A program made the position numbers and the translations under genes. Shown here in pieces: positions 40,000 through 52,465 of a DNA stretch of 64,000 nt. Within the stretch, counting starts at the first letter, position 1, and each line of letters opens with the position of its first letter. The notes beneath the pieces were generated by a model. That model was not told where the DNA came from. It saw only the letters and a list, made by a program, of their open reading frames with translations, and searched no databases. The stretch is from Lama guanicoe (lineage: Eukaryota). The stretch is from positions 1,040,084-1,104,083 of the forward strand of contig MU056050.1 of assembly GCA_013239625.1 (NCBI GenBank). Direction: 5' to 3'.

Positions 40000-42890
40000 C
40001 CTATTTTTAACAAAATTTGTGTACACTAAATTGTCATGTATTCTTTATGGTATACAGTTATGTCAGTTTTGAGATATGCATAGAGTCATGTAACCATTGC
40101 CAAGACCAGATACAGAATAGTTCCTACACCCCAAGAAAACTCCTTTATGGTGCCTTTTCGTAGTCAAACCCTCCCTCCCATTCTTAACCCTTGTCAGTCC
40201 ATTCTCTGTTCCTATCGTTTTGCCTTTTCCAAACTGTCATATAAGTCAGATCGTACCTAGAGTACACTGCCTTTTCAATTTGGCTGCTTTCAGTTAGCAT
40301 ATAATGCATTTGAAATTCATCCATAATGTTACATTTATCAGTAACTTATTCCTTTGTATTTCTGAGTAGTATCTCATTGTATCAATTTACCACAGTTTGT
40401 TTATAAATTCATCTGTTGATGGGCATTTGGGTTGTTTCCAGTTTTGGATGATTATGAGTCAGGCTAACATAAACAGTCTCATACTGGTTTTGGTGTAACA
40501 ATAACATTTCATTTTTCTTGCCGTAAATACCTAGAAGCTGAAATGCTGGGTCAAATGGGAATATATATTTAACATTACCAAAAACTACCTGATGGTTTTC
40601 TAAAGCAGCTATATCGTTTTCTATTCCCATCTGCAGTACGCATGAGAGCTCTGGCTGCTCTGTGTCCTCTGTAGCATTTGGCATTGTCATTCTAATAGAT
40701 GTATAGTCGTATCTCATCAAGATCTTTATTTGTGTTATTTCCCCTAATGATTAGTTAGACTGAGTATCTATTTGTGGGCTTATTTGCTATCCATATAACT
40801 TCTTTGCTGAAAAGTTTCTTCATGTATTTAACTTTTTTGAAATTAGGGTTTTTTGTTTTTTTTATTTGTGATCTTTGAAAGTTCTTTGTATATTCTGTAT
40901 ATAATCCTTTGTTGCATATATGATTTGCAATTATTTTCTCTCAGAATAAAGTTTGTCTTTTCATCCTTTTAACAGAGTTTTTTGTAGAGGAAAAGCTTTT
41001 GATTTTGATCAAGTCCAAATTATGAATTTTTTCCTGTAAGTTAGTTGTGCTTTTGGTGTTATATCTAAGAACTTTTCCAGACCCAGACATGAAGTGATTT
41101 TTGCTTCTATGTTTTCTTCTATAGGCTTTATATTTTCTCACTTTACATTTAAGTCTGTGATCCATTTTGAGTTAATTTTTTGAATAAGATGTAAGGAATA
41201 GATTGAGGCTTATCTTTGGATATGAATGTTCAATTGTTCTAGAACCCTGTGTTGAAAAGCTCTATTGTTAGTTGCATGCACATCTAGGACTATTTCTTCT
41301 TGATGAAGTGACCCTATTATCATCATGTAACATCCCTCATTATCCCTGATAATTTTCCTCATATGTAATTTTACTATGACTCATATCAATATAGTTAGCC
41401 AGCTTTCTTTTGATTAGTGTTTGCCTGGTATTTGTTTTTCAGGCTTTTAAAAAAAATTGAAGTACAGTTGATTTACAATGTTGTGTTTTATTTTTAATAT
41501 ATCTATATTCTTATTTAAAATGAGTTTCTTATAGAAACTATGTAGTTTGATCTTAAAGAGAACATAAAGTTTTTTAAAATTTTAAAATAAAATTCTGTAT
41601 TTCATTTGTACTCTTACACTATTTACATTTAATTTAGTTATTTTTCTTGGATTAGGTCTGTAATTGTATTCTTTGTTTTCTGATTGTCCCTTTTTGTTTT
41701 TCTGTTTTTCATTTCCCCTCTTCTTTTTGATTATTTGAATAGCTTTTAGTATTTCATTTTAACTTATCTATTTTTTACCTATATACATTTATAATTTTTA
41801 GTGGTTGCTCAAATTACCACCATATGCATATCTATCTTTTCACAGTCTATTTAGAGTTAATATTGTATCACTGCAAGTGCAAATGTAGAAGCCTTACAAA
41901 TATACAGGCTTCTTTATCTTTCTGTCTTTATGTTACAGTTGCCATATGCATTTTCATTTACATATACTGAAACCCTCCCTCAGACAATGCTTTAATTATT
42001 TTCAAGAATCATACATACTTTAAAGAATTTAAATGAGAAGAAATACTCTATTTTATTTTGTCTAAATAATTGCCATTTCCATCAGTCTTCCTTTATTCCT
42101 GAAGCAAGTTTCTCGCTGGTATCATTTTCCTTTAGCCTGAAGAACTTTTAGCATTTCTATAAACTCAGATCTGATGGTGATGGCAAATTCTCTTAGTTTT
42201 ATTTCACCTGAAAATGTCTTCAACTTCTCTGGACATAGAATTCCAGGTTGACAGTTCTCTTTTAGGTCTTCAGAAATGTTGTTCTACTCTGTTATGGCCT
42301 GTGTGGTTTCTCATGAATAATCTACCAATTATGCAAATTCATATGTAATGTGCCATTTTCTCTGGATGCTTTCAAGATTTTTTTCTTTATTTTGGTTTTT
42401 AGCTTATTAAAATCATGCATCTGGACTTGATTTTTATTTAGTTTATTCTTTTTGTAGTATACTGTACTACTTGAACCTATACTTTTACGTCTTACATCAA
42501 ATTTGAGAAGTTTCAACTTTTATTTTATTCAAATATATTTTACCTATCAATCTTTTTTCTCCTCTCATTCAGGGACTCCATTGACAGAAATATCAGTCCT
42601 TTTGATGTTGTCCTACAGGTCTCTGAAGCTCTGTTCATTTTGTTAAAATTTGTTTCTCTCTGTTATTCTGATTATATAATTTCACTAATCTGTGCTACCT
42701 TCAAATTCACTTACAGTTTTCTCTGTCATCTCCATTCTGCTATTGAGCCCACCCTAGTCAAGTTATTATTTTGGATAACATATTGTTCAGTTCTGAAATT
42801 TCCATTTAGGTATTTATTGTAATATATGTTTCTTTGCTTGGAACTTCTGTTGTTTCTTTATTTCATAAGTGTTCACCTTTAACTCTTGGT
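40000..42890 (-). mobile_element. Old L1 (L1MB/MC-like): 3' UTR and ORF2 C-terminus, then EN region and ORF1 remnant
   Basis: Minus ORFs give MDHRLKCK...NLDLIKIKSFSSTKNSVKRMKRQ (ORF2 C-terminal) and KIKKKILKASREN (ORF1-like); gatgggcatttgggttgtttccagtttt motif. Confidence 0.85.
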
Positions 42891-44071
42891 AAATGGAGAT
42901 TTAAGGAACAATGAATTACCACTACACTTCTATTATGTTGTATAAAATTCCAAAAACCTGACAGTACCAACTGCTGGAGAGAATGCTGGGCAACAAGGAC
43001 TCTCATTATTGCTAGTGGGAGTACAGAATGGTACAATCACTTTTGAAGACAGGTTGGCAGTTTTCTTACAAATCTAAACATAGCCATACCATATAATCCA
43101 GCAGTCATGCTCCTTGGTATTTACCCAAAGAAATTTGAAACCTATGTCTACACATGAATGTTTATAGCCACCTTATTCATAATGTGGAAGCAACCAAGAT
43201 GTCCTGAATAGGTGAGTGGATAAATAAATTGTGATCCATCCATACAATACGGTATTATTTAGTGATTTAAACTGTTGTCCATCTATACAATGCAATGTTA
43301 TTCAGTGATTTACAAAATGAGCTATCAAGCCACAAAAGGGCATGGAGGAACCTTAAATACATATTGCTATGTGAGAGAATCTAATCTGAAAAGACTACAT
43401 ACTGTTTGATTTCAATTATATGATTTCCTGTAAAAGGCAAAACTATAGAAACAGTAAAAAAGATAATGGTTACCAGAGGATTGTGGGAAAGGTTGACTAG
43501 GCAAAACATGCAGTTTTGAGGGCAGTAAAACTATTCTGTATGATGCTGTAATCGTGGCTACATGACAGTATGTATTTATTAAAACCCAGAAAACTTTTCA
43601 GTAAAGAGTGAACCTTAATGTATGCAAATAAAAAATCATTTAGGAGGTTGGTGGATTCCAGGATGGATTGCAGAATGTGACAAAAGTATGTAAATGTTTC
43701 ACAAGTGTATGAAACAAATGAACAGAGTGAGGAGATAAACTGCTGACATAGTAATTTTGGGAATAAATGTAACCTGTAAGACCAAAGACATAAGAAACTG
43801 TATATAAACACTTCATTCTAGTTGATAAAACTTTCCCATTGTGTATGGTTTGACAATTCTGAAACCACTATACATGTATACTGAAATGAAACAATTAATT
43901 AAATGGATGGTGGATATGGTGGGATCTAGTTTTCTTGCTGTTGTCATGGAAGATTACAGATAAGTAAGGGGAGGAGGATAAAATGATCCACAGGTTAGAA
44001 TTGGATACATTAGTATGAGCACATATTTAGTGTAATACAGATACAAGGAATACATATAGAAATATTTATTG

Positions 44072-44074
<3 letters not shown>

Positions 44075-44109
<35 letters not shown>
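44075..44109. repeat. (CA)n microsatellite
   Basis: Directly visible. Confidence 0.95.
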
Positions 44110-44112
<3 letters not shown>

Positions 44113-44538
44113 TTAGTATACACACATGTATTCTTCTGCTCTGCCAGTTGGGGAAGCATAGGAGCAACAACACTCTAGTACCATAAGCAGCCCTGGCACC
44201 CAGATCTTGGTTTCTAATACCATTCTTCAATAAAAGGAACCAGAGATCCTTTGAGAAATGACCGATTATAGGACTCAGGCTTGAAATACACAAAATGATC
44301 TTGGAGCATTTTACAATGCCAGGAAGTAAGAAAGCGCTCCACCCTAAAAAATAAAAGAACCAAAAAACAATGGTACGGTATGTCAAAGGATATCAGCAGC
44401 TAACTGAAAGTGCTTTCAATTGCCAAAGCTGCAAAAATTTGAGCAACAAAATAAATAAAATAGCATTAGATTATAGATTAAAGTATAAAATAAATGTTCT
44501 TGAGTCAAACTGACATAAATAAATGGTTAAACAAATAA

Positions 44539-44777
44539 TAGACTGGGGTTTCAAAATTGTAGAATAGATAAACAAGATTACACTGTATAGCACAGGGAAA
44601 TATACACAAAATGTTATGATAAATCACAGAGAAAAAAAGGTGACAATGAGTGTGTATATGTCCATGAATGACTGAAAAATTGTGCTGAACACTGGAATTT
44701 GACACAACACTGTAAAATGATTATGAATCAATAAAAAATGTTAAAAAAGAAAAAAAGGAAAAAAAAAACAAAAAAAA
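44539..44777 (+). mobile_element. Young camelid-type L1 3' end with polyA tail and 10-bp TSD
   Basis: AAACAAATAA at 44529-44538 and 44778-44787; AATAAA then A-tail; TT/AAAC target. Confidence 0.9.
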
Positions 44778-45370
44778 AAACAAATAAATAAGTGGTGTAG
44801 AAGAGGCAGATCTCCCAATGCAGAAAAATCCTAAGTACTTTATGTGGATAACCTGCCCTTAAGGAGGTAGAAAATAACTATCTACTTATTAAGTTTGGGT
44901 TACACATAGTGACTTTTCTCCAAAGAGTATAATGTGGAAAGGGAGGGAAAATATTAATAAGTTTACAGTGGAGAAAAGTGACAAATCTTACTTTAAACCA
45001 GGTGATCAAGGTTAACATCAAGAATAAGTCATATTAATAGTATATTTCCTTAATATGGTGATATGTGAATGGCACCTTAGTTCTGTAGTCTTTCTCCCCG
45101 AAGCATATTACATTTGACTAATAATGAGAAAAACATCAGATAAATCCCAGTGGAGGGACATTTTACAAAATGTCTGACTAGTAATTCCTCAAATCTGTCA
45201 AGGTCATCAGAAATGAGGAATGCCAAAAAATCTCAAAGCCATGAAGAGCCTAAGAAGACATGACATGTATATGTAGTACGATATCCTGCAGAGGATCCTG
45301 GAAAAGAAAAAGCCATTGGTGCAAAACTGAGGAAATCTTAAGTATGAATTTAGTTAATGAACCAATATTG

Positions 45371-45372
<2 letters not shown>

Positions 45373-45426
<54 letters not shown>
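45373..45426. repeat. (TTA)18 microsatellite
   Basis: Directly visible; gives poly-Tyr in the ORF track. Confidence 0.97.
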
Positions 45427-45430
<4 letters not shown>

Positions 45431-46149
45431 TGCATCATACTAATGTAAGATGTTAACAATAGAGTGGGTGTCAGTTAAATGGGTATTTTCTATATTATCT
45501 TCTCAATAACTCTGTAATCTAAAACAGCTCTAACATAAAAAGTCTATTTAAAAACTTGAAAATAAGTGGATTTTTCCACAGTTTTTGACTTTTAGAGGCC
45601 TCCCTTCCAGGTCCTCTGGCTATAAATAAGGAGTTTCTCCTGGAGTTTTTGTGTTCATTGCCCACTACTTACTTCTGCATTTATACCTCCTCTCAGGTCA
45701 AGCTCAGATTACAAAAGAGGGAAAAAATCTGTGACGCTTACTGTTATTTAAGTTATCACGGTTGTTGTTGACTTTTCATAACCCTTAGGTTATTTTGTTC
45801 AAACACTGTAGTTGTAATCAGTGGGAGAGATAAGGTGTAGTTGACTTACTCCATCTTGGTCAGGATTGGAAATCCCAACCCAGATTTTATTTGATTGAAA
45901 GGGGAATCTGAGTATTTTTGGGTGATTTTTTCCATTTTGAGAAAACCATATTGTTGTCAATTACTTTTCATTTTCTAGTTGCTCGTGCCCCACTGAATGA
46001 TTCCTATAGCTGCATTCAGAGCATCACTCTGTGACTCCCTCAGTTTATGTGCTTGTGCATGGGTTTATCTGTTATTGGTTGGAGTTGTACATTCAAAGAT
46101 AGATACGTAGATTGTATATATGTATATATAAATGCGTATGTATATGTTG

Positions 46150-46385
46150 CTTCTTTCTTTTCCTTGTTTTTCTTCTCTTTCTTTCTGTCTCTCTTTCTTT
46201 CTTTCTCCCTCCCTCCTTCCTTTTCTTTCTCTTCCTTACTTCCTCCCTCCCTCCCTCCTCATTTCTCTTCCTTCTTCCCTCCTTCCCACTCTCCTTGTTT
46301 GTTCCTCCTTCCTTTCCTTCTTTCCTTCCCTTCCCCTTCTCTCCTTCCTTCCTTGCTTCCTTGCTTCCTTGCTTCCTTCTTCTGT
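46150..46385. repeat. Polypyrimidine low-complexity tract (CT/CCTT-rich)
   Basis: About 235 bp almost free of purines. Confidence 0.95.
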
Positions 46386-46559
46386 CTAGCTATATCTACA
46401 GAGAGATAACCATGTCCTTACTAAAAGTACACAAACAGGATCATATTCTGCATTTTTGGTAACTTACTTTTTCAACTAACAATATATATATTGAGTGTTT
46501 TCCCATGTCCATACATACATATCAATTTCCTTTTGAAATTATTGCACATATAAGGAGGT

Positions 46560-46790
46560 TAGAGTTAGCCCATGGCTTATGGGGAGTATTTAAACATAGC
46601 TACATACATCATTGTGGCTGCAGTGTACAAGAGAACAAGACTAGAGGCAAGAAGGCCAATAAGGAAGGTAAAGCTGAGTTTCTCCAGGTAGCCAAAATGA
46701 GGAGCTGGAATAAAGCTGGAAAATGTTGGGACACATTTGAGAAATGTTTGAGAAGTTAACAAAAAGTGAAGAGGCTTGAATAGGATTCAA
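46560..46790 (-). mobile_element. L2 fragment
   Basis: gactagaggcaagaaggccaataaggaagg...ccaggtagccaaaatgaggagctggaataaag. Confidence 0.65.
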
Positions 46791-47087
46791 GGTAGAGCTT
46801 GCTTTTATGCTATAGAAATGACTTCATTGAACTCCTCCAGCTTTAGACTGTTTTTGGTCTATCAGGACATGGGTTCAATATAGAGTTTATTTCAGTGTTC
46901 CAAATATTCATGGCACAGGTATATTAAGGTACGATTTCTCATCTCCCTAGCTTCATTCTGTTGATCTAGGGCTAGCTCTATGAGTATGGGAAATTGAAAA
47001 TTGCTTAAAGAAATTGAGAAAGAATTTATTAAACAATTATACTATGTGACTAGCCCTGTGCTAAACACTTTGTTTACTTGATCACAG

Positions 47088-47466
47088 TGTATTAGTTTAC
47101 TCAGGCTGCCATAACAAAAATATCACAGACTGGATGGTTTAAGCAACAGAAATTTATTTTTTCACAGTTCTGGAGGCTAAATGTCCCAGATCAAGGTTTC
47201 TGGTGAGAACTCTCTTCCTGGCTTGTGAACAGGTGCCTTCTCACTGTGTCCTTGCATGGCCTTTCCTCTGTTTGTACCCACCTACAGACCTCTCTCTCTC
47301 TCTTTCTCCTCTTAAAAGGCCACTAATCCTATTGTATTATGGCCCCAGCTGTATTACCTCATTTAACTTTAATTACCTCCTAAAGACTCTGTCTCCAAAT
47401 ACAGTCACAGTGGGAATTAGGGCTTCAACTTATGAATTTTTATGGGACACAATTCAATTCATAGTA
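47088..47466 (-). mobile_element. MLT1A-like solo LTR nested in a MIR (about 47020-47620)
   Basis: tgtattagtttactcaggctgccataacaaaa...gggcttcaacttatgaattttta tgggacacaattcaattcatag. Confidence 0.9.
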
Positions 47467-47631
47467 ATCATAGTTAATGCTCATGACAGCCTTACAAGAT
47501 ATTATTATCCCTATTTTACAGATGATGAAATGAAATCTGAAAGATGTTAAGTAAACAGCCTAGGGTTACTGGGCTAGTAAGTGATAAAACGACCATTTGA
47601 GCCCCCATCTCTCAGAATCATCTTACCAAGC

Positions 47632-47834
47632 CAGGGTTGGCAAACTACAGTCCATGGGCCAAATCTGATCTATCACCTATTTTGCTGAGATACAGCCACA
47701 TTCGTTTTGTTATATATCCCCTAACTGCCTGTGCTGATTTCATGGCAAATTGAGCAGTTGTGATGGAGACTGTGTGGCCCACTAAGCCTGATATTAACTA
47801 TCTGGCCCTTTTCAGAAAAGGTTTACTCCCCCCC
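47632..47834. mobile_element. MER58A-like hAT MITE
   Basis: cagggttggcaaactacagtccatgggccaaatctg...actatctggcccttttcagaaaaggttt. Confidence 0.85.
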
Positions 47835-48779
47835 AATACTATACCACACTGCTATCAAACACAGCGTAATTATTTAGAATGTACCCAAGTCTTTATCACA
47901 TTATCACTTTTATTTTTTTAACCTATCAGGGTGTGCCACCATTCCTTTCTAACTGTTCTAAATTTTTTTCAGAGATGATGGCTGGCTAAGGCTATGGTGT
48001 TCATGGAGATTAATTGGTTAATGGAAGATCCTAAGCCTCTGGCTTTCATGCTGTGCTAGGAAACACGGATGAATGGGCAAGAGAAATGACTCTTGGTGAC
48101 AAGGATCCTGGTGCTGAGAAGTTGGAGTATGGGGAAGGTAAGTATTGGAGCCCTCAATTAATTTCATGGTGGAAAACTGTATTTCACTAACACAAATACC
48201 TGGTGTCTTTGGTGTCTGGCTCTCTTGGTAGAGAGATTGCTCTCTTTGAAACCAAATGTTTGGCAATTTTCACTTTAAAGTGGCAGAAATAAAATTGAAA
48301 GTTGAACACAGACTCAGCAAATGTAACCCTCAGGGAGAAGTGTCAGGACTAATTTTTATATAGATACTGACTTCTAAAAGATTTATTGTTCCAAAATCAA
48401 ACTTAGGTCAAAGACAGTAGAGCCTTAGGGTAACATTGCTTACTGTTACATAGACCCAGATGTATTTTGGGTCAAATCATGTCACAGGAATTACAACATC
48501 TCCATCCACTAGAAGCCAGTTAAAACATGGTTAGTGTAAATGTTAGATCTATTCTATCATTTTTATAAAAGATACTTATCAAACTGATTATATGATAGCT
48601 CTCATTAGTATGGTTGACCCTACACAGAAGAGACTTGCAACTGAGAATAAACATGTTAGTGAAATAGTAAGTTAATTTAAAAAATACATATATACATATG
48701 AATGATTAGATAATTTTGAATTGCAGTAAATTATTATGTGATTTGATTTTTTTAATAGAATGGAAGGCTATTTAATGTA

Positions 48780-49440
48780 GAGTTATCAGATGTCAGAACT
48801 GGAAGAGCCATTAGAGATTGTTTAATACAAACTTCTTGTTTAATAGATAACTGAGGTCCAGAAAGGAAAAAGATGTTGTATAAGTCTCACAGTGAAGTTC
48901 ATGGCAGAGCTTAGACAAGAAATTTTCAGCCCATACAAAGCAGATGATTTAGGCTATGCATAATTGTGTAAATGAGTGTGAGAAACAGTGATACAAGCAA
49001 AGAAATGACTTCCATTAACATTTCCCAAAGAATTTGTGCAACATAGTTGACCACATGTGAAGGAAGGAGAAAGAATATTTTAGTGTGTTACTGGCAGGAA
49101 AATCAGGTTTCTCCTGAAGTTGCTCCTATTTGGGGATCTTTCTTCCTACCACCTCTCTGTCTAGTGAAATTTCTACCTAAGTCCAAAAGTATCTTCAAAA
49201 TGGAAGAGGCTTCAGTGGACATGTACTGAACCTCATGAGATAATGAAATCCTGTGATTTGCCATATATGTAGTAAAAAAAGACCATTTGACTTAGAGTCA
49301 GAAAACCTGGATTTAAGTATTGCCTGTGACACCATGCACAGGTCACTTCAGTTTCCTAGGTTATTCTATATACATGTAATGAGAGTATTGAACTAGAAGA
49401 TCATCTCTAAGATTCCTTCTAACTCTGAAGACTCTTGGAG
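48780..49440. mobile_element. Two MIR/MIR3 fragments (about 48780-48930 minus; about 49260-49440 plus)
   Basis: tcagaactggaagagccattagagat; ttagagtcagaaaacctgg...tctctaagattccttctaactctga. Confidence 0.65.
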
Positions 49441-49451
49441 CCTAACATTCT

Positions 49452-49627
49452 TTTTTTAATTGAGGTATAGTCGGTTTACAGTGTTCTGTCAATTTCTGGT
49501 GTACAGCACAATTCTTCAGTAATACATGAACATACATATTCACTTTCGTATTCTTTTTCACTGTGAGCTACTACAAGATATTGAATATATTTCCCTGTGC
49601 TGTACGGTATAAACTTGTTTCTCTATT
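49452..49627 (-). mobile_element. Young camelid-type L1 3' end with TSD
   Basis: CTAACATTCT at 49442-49451 and 49628-49637; homologous (reverse complement) to the 44539 insert; TT/AGAA target on minus. Confidence 0.9.
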
Positions 49628-49649
49628 CTAACATTCTAAGTTATTAATG

Positions 49650-51270
49650 TGTCCACTTGATTACCTGTGATGGCAAGGAACTCATTATCTGTGCAATTAC
49701 GTGACTTCAATTGTGAACAGCTGTATTCATTAGAAAATAATGTCGTTATATAGGGCCAAAATTTTCAGTCGTATAACTCCATGCATTAGTCATACAGAGA
49801 AACTGGAACAAATATGATTTTCTCTTCTATGTAACAGCCCAACAGATATATGAAGCAACTTACAATCCTTTTCTTTTCTAGGCTCAATGTTTCTAGTTCC
49901 TTCAACTATTCTTCACATGATATGGTTTTTGCCCCACTCACAATCTTGTTCAGGCTCCTTTGAATATGTGGTTTCCTACTATGAAGTCAAGAAAAGATCT
50001 ATCCCAGAATACTCCAGTGGCCTGTCTGTCTATCCCAGAGTAGGGCAGGCCTATCATCTTCTTTGTTTTACTAATCGTATTTAGTGGATTTCATCCCAGT
50101 ATCACATCTATTTTTAAACAGCTCTATTACACAGCTGACTCATAGTACATGTGTAGTCAGTCCATCCAAACCTTATTTTATTGATGTATATTGGTTCAGA
50201 ATCAGGACTTCTCCCATCTTTACTTGAACATTTTATTATTTAGACCCGAGGGCAAGATTCTGTGGTAATCCTAGGAATAATTTTTATCTTGTTAATATTT
50301 TTGGTCCTTATCTTTGTCATCCAATGTGTTCACTCTCATTTGAGTTCCCTATTACTCACAAAACTGATAAGCCAAACTTCCAAATTTTCTTCGAAGTAAT
50401 TAATAAAATTTTTGAATGGAAGTGGACATAGAATGCCACTGAAGTACTAAGCTGACCCTGTTTCACTTCATCAAATTCTTATAAGATCTTTCAAGTACAG
50501 ATAAATCTAACTTTACCAGCATCCCATCTATATTTTCTTGTTTCTCATTAAGGACATTGAGACACACTTTGTCAGATGTCCTGGTGAAGGTTAGATGCAG
50601 TATGCTTAAAATATTTTTCCTAATTTACCAGTCACATAAACCCTACCAAGAAGGGAAATGAAATTAGTTTGAAATAACTTGCTCTTCATGAATCAATGTG
50701 GAATCCTAGAAAAGAGTTTATGAAATCATCATTTAAATAATTAAGATGAACTTATGTCTCAGTCATCTTTTTCCTTTGGGAAAAATTAGGAAATATTGAT
50801 TTATCTCTGATCTTCCTATATCCTTCCCAGGATTATTCAAATATCACCACTCTCATATACAAACAGGGCAGCCTGCTGTACCATGGAAAGAGAGTAGCCG
50901 TACAATCAGATTTGTGTTTGGAATTTGGCTCCATAATTTATGTAGTAGATTACTCAAGATCTCAGCCTCGGTATTTTCCTTTGTAAAATGTGAATAATGC
51001 TATCTACTTGGCAAGAGTTGTGATGCTTAGAAATGCTACCTGTAGCATACCTAGTTCATAGTGCGTACTAAGAAATTCTTTTGTTGTTATTATTAGCATA
51101 TTATTATTATTTCTCTGAGTATAATTTGTTTGGGCCTGGTAGTTTAACTTCATTTAAGGTTATAAGTGTTCTCTTAAAAAAATCTTCCTCTCTTGCTTAG
51201 GATTCCAATTTTTCCTTCTTACTGACCATTCCAAACTTTCTAATCCAAAGAGTATTCTCACACTGACTCT
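49650..51270 (-). mobile_element. L3/CR1 LINE remnant (MIR inserted about 50870-51110)
   Basis: cttttctaggctcaatgtttctagttccttcaactattcttcacatga; ctcacaaaactgataagc...aattaataaaatttttgaa (antisense RT region). Confidence 0.65.
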
Positions 51271-52044
51271 TGCTTTGTATTCTTACCCCATCATTTCTTC
51301 ATATACAGCCTATGTACTGTCTGAGGTGTGGTCTCAGATCCTGAGGTTCTGAATCAGAGCTTCTCCTTAATGTGATGTTGTGTGCTCAGAACACTATCTT
51401 TCTTCTCTCACTTAGCTCTTCACCTGCCTTATTTTGATAGTAAAACATATGTTTTCCCCAAGATTCCTCTTCCTTACTCTCTCAGATTCTCCCTTATGGG
51501 TCCTTTGGGCCTTTCCAGGTTTTCATACAATCCAAAATGAAGTCTGATCCCTGCTTTCTCACTATTCCTTGAACTCTACAGTTTTATAGTAGAAACCTGT
51601 AGAATGTTACAAAGGAAGATTTTTCTGAATTATAAATGACTATATCTGTGTTCTATTTTCCATGTCACCAAGTGACTAACGTGTTGAGTATATATATATC
51701 TGATAGATTATATGTTCTTCATTAAAAAGCTGCTCTGTCTAAATATCTATTTTCAGTATGCACAGGATGGGGCTGATATGACTGTGTTCAGCTGATATGA
51801 TTGTGCTCAGTAGCAGTATCATGGGGTAGATTTATACTGAGCTACCTCAAAGTTTCCATGATTCTCTGTATTCTAGAATTTGATCTCTGTAACCCGGACT
51901 ATAGTCTCCTTAGGACATCCCTAGAATCATAGTGAGGAATGTTTTCAGGAATGACCATGAAGGCCCAGGCTAGCTTGCATGTTGAGAGCATTTGGAGAAG
52001 AGTCTAGCTCAGCTGTCTTCAGGATGAAATGCAATCAGTTTAGC

Positions 52045-52465
52045 ATGATACACAGGACCCTACATGATTTGGCCTTAGCCATGATATTGCTACAGCCATA
52101 GCCAATGTGTCTTATTTTCTTTATGTCTATGCCTTTGCACATGTTCTTTTGTCTGTAATTCTCTTCTTGAATTCAAGAATTAGTTCAATATTTGAATTCC
52201 AGAAGAATTTCTTGACCCGCTTTGGTAAGTCTTCATGGAACATCTGCAGTTCTAGTCTGAGTTTACGTAACATCTTTGTGATCCCATAGTACCTGCTTTT
52301 CCCTCTATCCTTGCAGTTACTGAGGTGTGTTGTCTATGTACCTCCCTATCTTCTCAGTGGGCCATATGCTCCTTAAGGGCAGGGAATGGGCCTTATTCAT
52401 TTCTGTATTCCCAGTATTTAGCCAAGAGTGAGCAGTTGACAATTTGATTAGGAGTGTTTGTCTAA
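52045..52465 (+). mobile_element. L2 3' end
   Basis: gctccttaagggcagggaatgggccttattcatttctgtattcccagtatttagc. Confidence 0.8.

Larger units (their letters stand above)
42900..45555 (+). mobile_element. L1MC/MD-like ORF2 end and long 3' UTR
   Basis: taccatataatccagcagtcatgctccttggtatttacccaaag; gaaaactaggcaccc-type 3' UTR blocks such as ctggcacccagatcttggtttctaataccattcttcaataaaaggaaccag. Confidence 0.85.

Noticed and set aside
46047..46462. Three overlapping F/L/S/P-rich ORFs
   Set aside because: Artefact of the pyrimidine tract.
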